Shown here piece by piece: positions 1 through 9,650 of a DNA stretch of 64,000 nucleotides. This DNA is from Sandaracinaceae bacterium. GTDB taxonomy: Bacteria; Myxococcota_A; Polyangia; Polyangiales; Sandaracinaceae. The notes under the pieces are model-generated. The model saw only the letters and a program-made list of their open reading frames with translations. It did not search any database and was not told the origin of the DNA. The position numbers and the translations under genes were made by a program. The stretch lies in contig JBGAQA010000014.1 of the NCBI GenBank assembly GCA_044220955.1, positions 32,001 through 96,000 on the forward strand. Reading direction: 5' to 3'. Each line of letters starts with the position of its first letter. Position 1 is the first letter of the stretch.

Positions 1-171
1 CTCGCGTATGCGGCGACCATGTCCAACGTCGGCCTGATCGTCCGGCAACGGATGCCGATCGTGATCGCCGTCGCGATTCTGGCCGGTATCGCATATCAGA
101 AGGAGACGAAGAAGGTTCCGCTGCGCCAGCCGGTGCGGCCAAGCCGTGGCGGGGCAAGAGGATGGACCTGA
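1..171 (+). CDS. 3' end of a membrane protein, possibly polysaccharide polymerase (Wzy-like); partial
   Basis: Frame 1 is open from base 1: LAYAATMSNVGLIVRQRMPIVIAVAILAGIAYQKE...WT*. It has hydrophobic segments around an NxGLxxRQR motif. Its stop overlaps the next ATG at 162. Confidence 0.5.
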   Translation, partial: LAYAATMSNVGLIVRQRMPIVIAVAILAGIAYQKETKKVPLRQPVRPSRGGARGWT

Positions 172-1082
172 AACAGCGCTCCCGTCGGACCGCGCTCGTC
201 ACCGGTGTGTACGGTTTCGTCGGTCGTCACCTCGCAGCGCGGCTGCGCGAGTCGGGCACCACGGTCGTCGGAATCGATCTGCTGGGCACGGACCGGGTCG
301 ACCTGCTCGATGCGCCTCGTGTCGCCCAGGTGGTGCGGGAGCACCGTCCCGATCGCGTCTTCCACCTCGGTGGGCTCCTGCGCGGCGATCCCCGCGCGGT
401 CTACGACGCGAACGTCGATGGCACTCTGCACATCTTGGAGGCCGTCGCGATCCACGCGCCACGGGCGCATGTGGTCGTCGTGAGCTCGAGCGCCGTGTAC
501 GGAACCCGCGACGAGGGAGCGCTCGACGAAGATCGCGCGCTGCGCCCGTCGTCGCACTACGGTGCGAGCAAGGTAGCCCAGGAGGCGGTCGCCCTGCGCT
601 ATCACACGGCTTCGGACATGCGGGTGATGGTGGCGAGGCCGTTCAACGTCGTCGGCCCAGGCCAGCCCGTGGGACTGGCGGCGGGTGCGTTCGCGTCGCA
701 GATCGCGGCGGCCGAGCGGGTGGGTGGGGGTGACCTCCACGTCGGAGACCTGTCGGCCACGCGCGACTTCGTGGATGTGCGTGACGTCGCGCGCGCTCTC
801 TGCATCATCGCCGAGGCCGGTCGCGGCGGCGGCGTCTACAACGTCTGCACGGGAGAGGGCACCTCGATGGAGGACTGCGTCGATGCGTTCGTCCGCAAGT
901 CGCGCGTACCCGTACGGATGGTGCGCGCCGCCGGGGCGCCGAAGAACGGCCACGACCGACAGGTCGGCTGCCCGAGGCGTGTCTGCGCGGATACCGGATG
1001 GCGTCCCGAGGTCGACCTCCATTCATCGATCGAGGATCTCTTGGAATTCTACCGATCCTCCAGCCAAGAGGGTGCATCGTGA
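162..1082 (+). CDS. NAD-dependent epimerase/dehydratase, similar to GDP-4-keto-6-deoxy-mannose reductase (Rmd)
   Basis: Extended SDR motifs: TGVYGFVG, SSSAVYG, YGASK, RPFNVVGPGQ, RDFVDVRDV. Confidence 0.85.
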   Translation: MDLKQRSRRTALVTGVYGFVGRHLAARLRESGTTVVGIDLLGTDRVDLLDAPRVAQVVREHRPDRVFHLGGLLRGDPRAVYDANVDGTLHILEAVAIHAPRAHVVVVSSSAVYGTRDEGALDEDRALRPSSHYGASKVAQEAVALRYHTASDMRVMVARPFNVVGPGQPVGLAAGAFASQIAAAERVGGGDLHVGDLSATRDFVDVRDVARALCIIAEAGRGGGVYNVCTGEGTSMEDCVDAFVRKSRVPVRMVRAAGAPKNGHDRQVGCPRRVCADTGWRPEVDLHSSIEDLLEFYRSSSQEGAS

Positions 1083-2071
1083 CGCTGCGCGGAATGACCG
1101 TTCTCGTGACCGGGGCAGGGGGCTTCATCGGGAGTCACCTGAGCGAGCGGTTGGTCGAAGAGGGCGCGCGCGTCCGGGCCTTCGTTCGCTACAACTCGCG
1201 CGGGGACATCGGCAGCCTGCGGTATGCGTCACGCGCGCACGTCGCCGCGATGGAGATCATACGGGGCGATCTCCGCGATTCCGAGGCGGTGCGCGGTGCG
1301 GTCCGGGGAGTCGAGTGCGTCTTCCACCTCGGGGCACTGATCGCGATTCCGTATTCCTACGTGAACCCGCGCGAGGTCGCCGACGTGAACGTGATGGGCA
1401 CGTTCAACGTGCTCGCCGCGGCGCGGCACGAGGAGGTGCGGCGTTTGATCCATACCTCCACGAGCGAGGTCTTCGGCACGGCGCGGTACGTCCCCATGGA
1501 CGAGCAGCACCCGCTTCAGGGCCAGTCTCCGTATTCGGCCACGAAGATCGCAGCGGACAAGCTGGTCGAGAGCTTCCATCGCTCGTTCGAGCTGGCGACG
1601 GTGACGGTGCGCCCATTCAACACGTACGGGCCGCGGCAATCGGCGCGTGCGATCATCCCGACCATCATCTCCCAGGCGCTGACCCGAGACGAGATCCGGC
1701 TCGGGAGCCTCGCCCCGTCGCGCGATCTGACGTTCGTGGCCGACACGGTCGATGGCTTCGTGCGGGCGGCTGACGCCGAAGGGGCGGCCGTCGGGAGCGA
1801 AGTCAACCTCGGCACCGGCGTCGGCGTGACGATCGGCGAACTCGCGGAGCGGATCTTCGCGATCGTGGGAAAGAAGCCGCGCATCGTCACCGATGAGCAG
1901 CGCGTTCGACCCGAGAAGAGCGAGGTTCTCCGGCTTCTCTCGTCCAACGCGCGTGCCGCGGAGATTCTCGGCTGGCGTCCGCGCGTGGGCCTCGATGACG
2001 GTCTGCTGCAGACGGTCGCGTGGATTCGCGAGAACCTGTCCGACTATCGGCCGGACGAGTACACCGTCTAA
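1079..2071 (+). CDS. NDP-sugar 4,6-dehydratase/epimerase (LegB-like extended SDR)
   Basis: TGAGGFIGSHL, ALIAIPYSY, TSTSEV, YSATK, RPFNTYGPRQSARA. GTG start at 1079 overlaps the upstream TGA (GTGA coupling). Confidence 0.85.
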   Translation: MTLRGMTVLVTGAGGFIGSHLSERLVEEGARVRAFVRYNSRGDIGSLRYASRAHVAAMEIIRGDLRDSEAVRGAVRGVECVFHLGALIAIPYSYVNPREVADVNVMGTFNVLAAARHEEVRRLIHTSTSEVFGTARYVPMDEQHPLQGQSPYSATKIAADKLVESFHRSFELATVTVRPFNTYGPRQSARAIIPTIISQALTRDEIRLGSLAPSRDLTFVADTVDGFVRAADAEGAAVGSEVNLGTGVGVTIGELAERIFAIVGKKPRIVTDEQRVRPEKSEVLRLLSSNARAAEILGWRPRVGLDDGLLQTVAWIRENLSDYRPDEYTV

Positions 2072-2084
2072 TCTGGGAGTCAGC

Positions 2085-2798
2085 ATGCGCGCGGTCGTTC
2101 TGGCAGGGGGAAAGGGCACCCGTCTTGCCCCGTACACGACGGTGCTTCCGAAGCCGCTCATGCCGATCGGGGATCTGCCGATTCTCGAGGTCGTCCTGCG
2201 ACAGCTCGCGGCGCACGGCGTCGATCGCGTGTCGCTCGCCGTGGGCCATCTCGCCGAGCTCCTGATGGCGTTCTGCGGCGACGGCAGCCGCTTCGGAGTG
2301 CGGCTCGACTACTCGCGCGAGGAGCGGCCCCTCGGGACTGCAGGGCCGATCGGGCTCGTGGGGGACCAGCCGGAGACGTTCCTCGTGATGAACGGCGATC
2401 TCCTCACGACGATCGACTACACGCGCATGCTCGAGGCGCACCGCAGCTCGGGCGCGATCGCGACGGTGGCGACGTACCAGAAGACGGTCAAGATCGACCT
2501 CGGCGTCCTGCGGTTGGCGGACGACGGGCTGATCACCGACTACATCGAGAAGCCCACGATGCAATACGACGTGAGCATGGGCATCTACGTGTTCGAGCCG
2601 CGCGTGGTGGCGTTCATCGAGAAGGACCACCGGCTCGACCTGCCGGACCTCGTGAAGCTCCTCCTGGCGCGAGGAGAACGTGTCTCGTCTTACCGCCACG
2701 CCGGCTATTGGCTCGACATCGGGCGTCCCGACGACTACCAAGAAGCGGTGCGTGAGTTCGAGGCGCACCGCGAGGACTTCCTACCCCGAGCGCGCTGA
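2085..2798 (+). CDS. Sugar-phosphate nucleotidyltransferase
   Basis: LAGGKGTRL...PKPL signature, EERPLGTAG, NGDLL, EKP, WLDIG. GGAG upstream of ATG 2085. Confidence 0.9.
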   Translation: MRAVVLAGGKGTRLAPYTTVLPKPLMPIGDLPILEVVLRQLAAHGVDRVSLAVGHLAELLMAFCGDGSRFGVRLDYSREERPLGTAGPIGLVGDQPETFLVMNGDLLTTIDYTRMLEAHRSSGAIATVATYQKTVKIDLGVLRLADDGLITDYIEKPTMQYDVSMGIYVFEPRVVAFIEKDHRLDLPDLVKLLLARGERVSSYRHAGYWLDIGRPDDYQEAVREFEAHREDFLPRAR

Positions 2799-4060
2799 TG
2801 AGGGACGAGACCGTATTCGTCTCCACGGGGTCCTACCCGTGGGACGTCGCCGCCGAGCGGACGTTTCTCGACCTGGAGGTGGAGGTTCTGCGCGAGCGCT
2901 TCGGCCACGTGGTGCTGGTCCCCGAGAGCACCCAGGGGAACCGTGCCGCGACTCATGCCGCCGTCGAGGTGGACGCTTCGTACGCACGCGAGCGGGGCTC
3001 GCTGACCAAGCGTGATCTTGTGCTCCGCGCGTTGCGCACCAAGCTCGTCGTCGAGGACGTCGCCCACCGCGGAACCCTCGCGCTCGGCCGCCGGCCGCTG
3101 CGGGAGCTGGTGCGTCACGCCGCCCTCGCTCACCACGCGCGCGACTGGGCGGTCCGCGCCGTGCGGCGTCGGGGTCTCACGCCGGAACGAGTGGTGTTCT
3201 ACTCGTTCTGGTGGACGGCCTGCGCTACGGGGTTCGGGCTGGCACGCGCCGCGCTGCCCCGACTCCGCGTGGTGACGCGCGCCCATGGCTTCGACCTGTA
3301 CGAAGAGCGGCACAGCCCCCCGTACATCCCGGGGCGACGGGCCGCCCTTCGGTTGCTCGACGGTGTCTTTCCCGACTCGGACCGCGGCACGGTCTACCTC
3401 GCGGCGGCGGCGTCGAGGGCGGGGACGTGGTGCGAGACGGCGCGTCTCGGCGTGGCCGACCCACGTGTCCTCTGCTCACCCTCTGGCGATGGGGTCCTGC
3501 GCCTGGTCAGCTGCTCGTTCCAAGTCCCGGTGAAGCGACTCGATCTCCTCCTCTCGGGCGTCGCGGCGCTCGCGCGGCAGCGTCCGTCGCTGCGGGTCGA
3601 GTGGACGCATTTCGGCACGGGCAAGCTGCAGGACGAGCTCACGACCGCGGCGCATCGGATCTTTCCGCCCAACGCGACGGTCCGGTTCGAAGGATACGCG
3701 ACGCAGCGCGCGCTCTTCGACTGGTACGGGGCCCACCCGATCGACGTGTTCGTGAACGTGAGCGCCAGCGAGGGCACTCCGGTGTCCATCATGGAGGCGA
3801 TCGCGTGCGGGATCCCGGTGCTTGCCACGGCGGTCGGGGGCAATCCGGAGATCGTGGAGGCGCGCAACGGCCTGCTCTTGCCCGCTGACCCGGGGCCCGA
3901 GGAGGTCGCACGTGGACTCGCCGCGTTCGCCTCCGGAGGCGGATCTCTCGGCGCGCTGCGAGCGGGGAGCCGCGCCGTGTGGGCCGAGAAGTACGACGCC
4001 AGCCGGAACTACGCCGCGTTCGCGGACTTGCTCGCGTCCTGCCGCCGCCCGGAGGTGTGA
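2798..4060 (+). CDS. Glycosyltransferase family 4 (GT-B)
   Basis: RAHGFDL, VPVKR, SEGTPVSIMEA (EX7E), TAVGGNPEIV. Confidence 0.88.
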   Translation: MRDETVFVSTGSYPWDVAAERTFLDLEVEVLRERFGHVVLVPESTQGNRAATHAAVEVDASYARERGSLTKRDLVLRALRTKLVVEDVAHRGTLALGRRPLRELVRHAALAHHARDWAVRAVRRRGLTPERVVFYSFWWTACATGFGLARAALPRLRVVTRAHGFDLYEERHSPPYIPGRRAALRLLDGVFPDSDRGTVYLAAAASRAGTWCETARLGVADPRVLCSPSGDGVLRLVSCSFQVPVKRLDLLLSGVAALARQRPSLRVEWTHFGTGKLQDELTTAAHRIFPPNATVRFEGYATQRALFDWYGAHPIDVFVNVSASEGTPVSIMEAIACGIPVLATAVGGNPEIVEARNGLLLPADPGPEEVARGLAAFASGGGSLGALRAGSRAVWAEKYDASRNYAAFADLLASCRRPEV

Positions 4061-4082
4061 CCGTCTCGTGACGCCGCGCGGT

Positions 4083-5213
4083 TCATGCGCCGGTCGCTGG
4101 CGCGGCCGGCGGCCCATCTGCCACAGGGACCCATGACGGCCAGTCCATGTTCCCGTCGCCCTTCGTGACATGCATCCGCGAGAGGTCGTCGCTCGGACGC
4201 GACCCATCGTGCGCGCGTCCGTAGAACAGGACTCCGGGAGGCGCGCAGTCCGGGTCCCATGGCTGCAAGAGGTGTGGGAGGCGGATCGACTCCTCCTCGT
4301 CGCCATCGAAACCGCCGACGGAGACGAGGCCATGGACGAATCGCTCGGAGACTCCGAAGGCATCCGCGTAGGCACAGTCGGCGCCGCGACCGAACGCGAC
4401 GATCGCCGACGCCAACGCGCGCTCCTGGCCGGGCTCCGCAAGTAGCTCGAGCACTCTCAGCACTCGGCCAGGTCTCTCGCGGACCGTCTCGACGCGTACC
4501 ACGGCGACCCCGCGCGGATCGTCCGCCGTGCCCAGGTGGAGGAACTGGTAGTCGAGCAGTGGATGAGTCACGTACCTCCAATCGAGGAACGCGTGGTCCC
4601 GGACGAAGCCAGTCGCGCCCGCGAGCGCGCGCTGGGCGAGCATGGTGGTCCCCGAGCTCGCGCCGCGAGCTACGTGGAAGCGTTCTGTCGGCTCGCCCCG
4701 CGCGACGCGCGCGCGAAGTCGAGCCGAGGTCGCCGCGTCGGGCGCCACGGCGAGGGGCTCGGACGCCGCGGGGTCCAGGACGAGGAGCCAGCGCTTGCAC
4801 CGATGCAGATACCGGAATCCGAGCTTCCGGTAGATCGTCAGCGCGGCGGGCGTCACCGAGCGGCCGAAGAGGAACTCGTATTGTGCGGTCGCGAACTGCA
4901 TGATCGCCATGCCGACGCCGCGTCCCCGCGCCGCCGGTGGGGAGAGCCAAGAGATCAAGTGCGCACCTTCGATCACGCGCCCGGCGTGCGTGGCCTTCAT
5001 CGGCACGACGCCGAGGAACGAGAGCAGCGTGCCGTCGTCGTCGAGGGCGACGATGCTGCGATCACGTCCGCCAGCACCCGGGGCCTTCGCGAACTGCCAG
5101 TCGTAGAACGCGCGGTTCAGCAGAAGGCAGTGTGAACGCCAGTAGTGCTCGCGGTGCAGTCGCTCCACGAGGGCGACGTGCTCCGGCTCGACCTCGAGGA
5201 CGCGAATGCCCAA
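4083..5213 (-). CDS. GNAT-family N-acyltransferase-like protein
   Basis: FYDWQF, acyl-CoA binding motif A-like ARGRGVG, IYRKLGF, FLDWRY. TTG start at 5213 chosen because the upstream part of the ORF overlaps the CmcI-type gene. Confidence 0.65.
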   Translation of the reverse strand: MGIRVLEVEPEHVALVERLHREHYWRSHCLLLNRAFYDWQFAKAPGAGGRDRSIVALDDDGTLLSFLGVVPMKATHAGRVIEGAHLISWLSPPAARGRGVGMAIMQFATAQYEFLFGRSVTPAALTIYRKLGFRYLHRCKRWLLVLDPAASEPLAVAPDAATSARLRARVARGEPTERFHVARGASSGTTMLAQRALAGATGFVRDHAFLDWRYVTHPLLDYQFLHLGTADDPRGVAVVRVETVRERPGRVLRVLELLAEPGQERALASAIVAFGRGADCAYADAFGVSERFVHGLVSVGGFDGDEEESIRLPHLLQPWDPDCAPPGVLFYGRAHDGSRPSDDLSRMHVTKGDGNMDWPSWVPVADGPPAAPATGA

Positions 5214-5223
5214 GCGGTTCCCG

Positions 5224-5961
5224 TCAGCGCACGAGACGCTTGAGGTAGCCGTCTGGCCCAACCGTGAGCAGCAGCTTGGCCTCGAGGTCACGATCGATCT
5301 CGAAGTCGGATCGGCTCTGGAGGAACTGGTGGACCGCCGTCTTCGGGTTGTTTCCGCGCCCCCACGGCCGGTCCTTGAAGAAGCCTTCGGGCATGTCCTC
5401 GACGATGGTGTCGAGAACGACGAGGTAGTTTCCGGGGGTGACGAGCGGCGCGTAGCACTCGAGCTCGGACAGCACGTGCTCGTGTGTGTGGTTCGAGTCG
5501 AGCACGACGAGGACGCTCGGCTGCCCCCTCGCGGCGTCGCGCGCCCGAGACACGATCGAGGGGTCGACGGACGAGCCCTGCAGCAGGGTGATCTTGCTCG
5601 CGAGGGGATGGGCCTCGATTGCGGCTCGATTGTGCGGGCGGATGTCGATGTCGATGCCGAGGACGCGGCGCTCGCCCCCGAGCATCGCGAGCAGCGAAGC
5701 GTAGAAGACGAGGGAGCCGCCACGTGCGACGCCGGTCTCGATCACCAACGTCGGGCGCGTGGCCCACACGATCTCCTGGAGGGCCATGAGATCCTGCGGG
5801 AACTGGATGACCGGAAGACCCAACCATCGGAAGTTGTACGTGTATCTGTGCTGGGACGTCCGCACGATCCAATCCATGGTCTCGCGCTTGAGCTCCGCAT
5901 CGGCAGCCATCGCGCGTGCGTTCTCGCGACAGACCCTGTCGAATTCGTCGATGTCGGACAT
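5224..5961 (-). CDS. Cephalosporin hydroxylase (CmcI) family / sugar O-methyltransferase
   Basis: WLGLPVIQFPQD, IETGVARGGS, LDSNHTHEHV, WGRGNNPKTAV, PDGYLKR. Confidence 0.9.
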   Translation of the reverse strand: MSDIDEFDRVCRENARAMAADAELKRETMDWIVRTSQHRYTYNFRWLGLPVIQFPQDLMALQEIVWATRPTLVIETGVARGGSLVFYASLLAMLGGERRVLGIDIDIRPHNRAAIEAHPLASKITLLQGSSVDPSIVSRARDAARGQPSVLVVLDSNHTHEHVLSELECYAPLVTPGNYLVVLDTIVEDMPEGFFKDRPWGRGNNPKTAVHQFLQSRSDFEIDRDLEAKLLLTVGPDGYLKRLVR

Positions 5962-6001
5962 GAGTTCCTTTTCACGAATGGAGTGATCGATCTCGTCATG
6001 G

Positions 6002-7132
6002 TCACGAGACTGCGGATCGCACCGCAGACGCGACGCGCTGGACGTCGGCGCGCGTCAACTGCAGACCGGACGGCAGGTTCAGCGCGAAGGGCGCGATCGC
6101 ATGCGCGACCCGATTCCGCTCGCGGCCGGCGGCGGCCTCGTGGGTGGCCTCGTACGCGGGGAGCGTACTCAGTGGGTGGAAGAACGGACGAGTGTCGATC
6201 CCGCGGGCATCGAGCCGTGCGGCGAGCACCGACTTCGTGATGCCGAGCTTCGGATCGAGCACGACCGTCACCATCCAGAAGGTGCTCGTGGCGCCCTGCG
6301 GCTCCGCGTTCAGCGAGAGACCGGTGACTCCTTCGAGCGCCTCGCAGTACCACTCGAAGATCCGGCGTTTCTGCGCGACGAGTTCCGGGAGCCGCTCGAG
6401 CTGGGCCAGTCCCAGCGCGGCCTGCATCGAGCTCATCTTGTACTTGAACCCGACCTCCACGTTGTAGAAGTTCTTGTCGCCGGGCTTGCGACCGTGGTCC
6501 CGCAACTGCTGGACCCGCGCGAGCAGGGGCTCGTCGTCCGTCGCCAGCATCCCTCCCTCGCCCGTCGTCAGCGTCTTGGACCCGTGGAAGCTGAACACGG
6601 CGGCGCGGCCGAAAGAGCCCGCTGGCTTGCCGTGGTAGGTGGCGCCCACGGCCTCCGCGGCGTCCTCGACGACCTCGACTCCGTGCTCTCGCGCGATCCC
6701 GATGAGCGTGTCGTAGTCGGCGACGTTGCCATAGAGGTCGACGGGGATGACCGCCCGGGTGCGAGGCGTGATGCACGCGCGGAAGGACTCGGGCGACAGG
6801 CACCACGTCTGCGGGTCGATGTCCGCGAAGACCGTCGTCGCGCCCACGTACGTGATCGGCGCGGCCGACGCGATCCACGTGCAGTCGGGCACGATGACCT
6901 CGTCGCCAGGGCCGATTCCGAGACCGGCGAGGGCGAGGTGAATCCCGGACGTGCACGACGGCAGGGTCACGGCTGCGCGGACGCCGAGATGCGCCGCGAA
7001 CGCGCGCTCGAAGCGTTCGTTGAACACGTTCGCGTTCCCGAACCATGCGTTCGTGACGGCGTCGGTGACGTAGCGGATCTCGCGCTCGGTGATCGAGGGC
7101 CCGGAGACCGGAATTCGCTGAGTGTCGCCCAC
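6002..7132 (-). CDS. DegT/DnrJ/EryC1/StrS PLP-dependent sugar aminotransferase (perosamine synthase-like)
   Basis: EDAAEAVG, FSFHGSKTLTTGEGG with the PLP lysine, GFKYKMS, DTRPFF. Confidence 0.92.
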   Translation of the reverse strand: MGDTQRIPVSGPSITEREIRYVTDAVTNAWFGNANVFNERFERAFAAHLGVRAAVTLPSCTSGIHLALAGLGIGPGDEVIVPDCTWIASAAPITYVGATTVFADIDPQTWCLSPESFRACITPRTRAVIPVDLYGNVADYDTLIGIAREHGVEVVEDAAEAVGATYHGKPAGSFGRAAVFSFHGSKTLTTGEGGMLATDDEPLLARVQQLRDHGRKPGDKNFYNVEVGFKYKMSSMQAALGLAQLERLPELVAQKRRIFEWYCEALEGVTGLSLNAEPQGATSTFWMVTVVLDPKLGITKSVLAARLDARGIDTRPFFHPLSTLPAYEATHEAAAGRERNRVAHAIAPFALNLPSGLQLTRADVQRVASAVRSAVS

Positions 7133-7269
7133 GGAGTTCGTTCCGGATCCTGCGTTGCGCGAGCGGCGGGCGGTATTCGACGCCGCCGCTCGGCTGGCTC
7201 ACGACCGGGCTCCATGTACTACGTCACGTCATCGACGTCGAGGTGCTGGCATGGCCCGGTCGGGCGCCG

Positions 7270-7797
7270 TCAGAGCAGCGGATGGCACCGGTCGCGATCG
7301 GAGACGATCGGCGAGACCGGGTCGGGCCAATCGATCGCCAGCTTGGGGTCGTCCCAGCGGAGGCCGGCGCTGAGGTCCGGCGCGAACGGGGCACCCATCA
7401 GGTACGTGAGCACGGTCTCGTCCTCGAGCGTCTGGAATCCGTGCGCGAATCCCGATGGAACGAAGAGCGAGACGGGCACGTTCGCCGCGAGATCGACCGA
7501 GACCCACCGGTACCGCGTGGGCGATTCCTCTCGCACATCGACGACGACATCGTGGACCGCGCCGCGGACGCAGCTCACGATCTTCGGCTCTTGGCTGGGA
7601 GCTCTCTGGAAGTGCATGCCGCGGAGCGTGCCGCGGCGCGCGTTGTAGGACGTGTTCGCCTGATGGAGGTGGAACGCGTAGCCACGTTCCGAGAGCTGCC
7701 GCTCGCAGTACGTGCGAACGAAGTGGCCCCTGTCGTCGGCGATCGGCTCTCCGACGAGCAAGGCGGGCCCGGGGAGGGCGAGATCCACGATCCTCAC
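7270..7797 (-). CDS. rfbC: NDP-4-keto-6-deoxyhexose 3,5-epimerase (RfbC/RmlC family)
   Basis: DDRGHF, GTLRGMHFQ, VVVDVR, GFAHGFQTL, WDDP...IDWP. Start placed at GTG 7797. Confidence 0.9.
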   Translation of the reverse strand: MRIVDLALPGPALLVGEPIADDRGHFVRTYCERQLSERGYAFHLHQANTSYNARRGTLRGMHFQRAPSQEPKIVSCVRGAVHDVVVDVREESPTRYRWVSVDLAANVPVSLFVPSGFAHGFQTLEDETVLTYLMGAPFAPDLSAGLRWDDPKLAIDWPDPVSPIVSDRDRCHPLL

Positions 7798-7891
7798 GAC
7801 CCACGCGTACACTCCGACCCGGTGGATCGCAACCGGCTCCCGTTGCGCGCGGGGTAGCGCCTTGGTAGACGGCCGTGCGTTCCGCGCCCTC

Positions 7892-9640
7892 ATGTCGTCC
7901 TCCGAGAACCTCCGCGTGCGCATCCTCGGCAGCCCGGTGAGGGTCGTCCGGTTTCTCGGCAGGGGCACGGCGGCCTGGTTGCTCGCCGGGGCGACCGGCG
8001 CGGTGATGCTCGGAGTCGTCGAACTCGGCATCGCCTTCTTCCTGCAGCTCTTCCTCCAGAGCCTCGGTTTACTCGGTGATCTCGCGACTCCGGGTCCGTT
8101 GCGGGACCTCGCGCTCGCGCCCCGGAGCGTGCTGCTCGTCCTCGTGGGCATCGGCGTGCTGCGCGCGCTGGGCCAGTTCGTCGTCGCTCATAGCTCGAAC
8201 GAGTCGATGGACCGGATCAACGCGCGGCTCCGGAAGATCGCGACGTACGACCTCCTCTACGATCCGCTGCGACGCCTGCCGTCCGCGGCGCGTGTGCACG
8301 GTCAGCTGAGCGAGACATTCCCGAAGGCGTCGCAGTTCTGCTTCCACACGACATCCCTGGTGTCCCAGCTCTTGCAAGTGGCGCTGCTGGTGACGTGGCT
8401 CGTGTGGTCTGCACCCGCCGAGGCATGCGCGGGTCTCGCGGGTCTCGGGATCGTCGCGGTGATCGTTCTCCGCGTCGGGCGCCACGTTCGGGCGCTCGGC
8501 GCGCAGGTTCCGATCGAGCACGTCGTGCTCACGGAGGGCGTGGAGCGGGTCGCTCGGAACATCTTGCTCGTGCGCGTTCTGCGTACGCAAGCCCGCGAGC
8601 ACGATCGCTTTCTCGCCAGCATCGATCGATACATGCGCCACTCCCTGCGTGCGGCACGCCTCGGGAACACCGCCATGGCCATGACGCCGTTCCTCGGCCT
8701 GGTCCTCTTGGCGCTGATCGTGTTCGTGAGCCAGGCGCTCGGCGCGACCTCGAGCCTGACGCTCGTCTCGTTCCTGTATCTGTTCGTCCGGCTCGTGCAG
8801 GGGCTGGCGACCACGGCCGCGATCTGGTCCGCGATGAACACGGTCGCCACGCAGTTCGCGTCGGCGCTCGCGTACTTCGAGTCCATTCCCGTGGCGCTTC
8901 GTGCCGAAGCCCTCTCGAACGGCCGACCCACGCGCGTCGCGTTCCCGGGCCCCGCGGACGCTGCTGCCCCGCGCATCGAGGTGCGCAACGTCGCGTTCTC
9001 CTATCCGGGGCGCAACGAGCCGATCCTCGCCGATCTGAGCTTCGAGGTGCCCGCCGGCACCCAGCTCGCGATCGTCGGCCCGAGTGGATGCGGCAAGAGC
9101 ACGCTCCTGTCCCTGGTGTTGGGCGTGCTCTCCCCCACGGCCGGGGAGATCCGGGTCGGCGGGCAGGAAGCGCGCGAGTTCTTCGAGCGATCGGACTCGC
9201 GCGTGGGCTACGTGGGCGCGGAGCCGTTCCTGATCGCCGGCACGATCCGCGAGAACCTCCACTATGGTCTGGCCGCCGTGAAGAGCGACCAGGAGTGCTG
9301 GTCCGCGCTCGAGCAGGCGCGGCTTCGCGACGTCGTGGAGAAGCTGCCTTCCGGCCTCGAGCATCCGATCCCGGAGGACGGTTCCGGTCTCTCCGCGGGA
9401 CAGAAGCAGCGCCTCTGTCTCGCGCGTGCGTTGCTCGCCCGCCCGCAGGTTCTGGTGCTCGACGAGGTCTCGGCGAACCTCGACGAGGCGACCGAGATGG
9501 AGGTCGCCGAGAGTCTGCGCGAGCTGCGCGGGAGGTGTACGACGGTGATCGTGTCGCACCGACATGGCATCCTTCGCTGGGCCGACCGGAGCGTCGACCT
9601 GGGAACCGGACACTTTGACCGTCCCGTGGCGGCTTCGTAG
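7892..9640 (+). CDS. ABC exporter with fused permease and ATPase (possible glycan flippase)
   Basis: About six N-terminal TM segments, Walker A GPSGCGKS, signature LSAGQKQ, Walker B LVLDE, H-loop SHR. Confidence 0.9.
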   Translation: MSSSENLRVRILGSPVRVVRFLGRGTAAWLLAGATGAVMLGVVELGIAFFLQLFLQSLGLLGDLATPGPLRDLALAPRSVLLVLVGIGVLRALGQFVVAHSSNESMDRINARLRKIATYDLLYDPLRRLPSAARVHGQLSETFPKASQFCFHTTSLVSQLLQVALLVTWLVWSAPAEACAGLAGLGIVAVIVLRVGRHVRALGAQVPIEHVVLTEGVERVARNILLVRVLRTQAREHDRFLASIDRYMRHSLRAARLGNTAMAMTPFLGLVLLALIVFVSQALGATSSLTLVSFLYLFVRLVQGLATTAAIWSAMNTVATQFASALAYFESIPVALRAEALSNGRPTRVAFPGPADAAAPRIEVRNVAFSYPGRNEPILADLSFEVPAGTQLAIVGPSGCGKSTLLSLVLGVLSPTAGEIRVGGQEAREFFERSDSRVGYVGAEPFLIAGTIRENLHYGLAAVKSDQECWSALEQARLRDVVEKLPSGLEHPIPEDGSGLSAGQKQRLCLARALLARPQVLVLDEVSANLDEATEMEVAESLRELRGRCTTVIVSHRHGILRWADRSVDLGTGHFDRPVAAS

Positions 9641-9650
9641 AGTCGAGGGC

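Noticed and set aside
5224..5961. Cephalosporin or other antibiotic biosynthesis
   Set aside because: The family name is historical. No NRPS, PKS or beta-lactam genes are present and the context is sugar modification.
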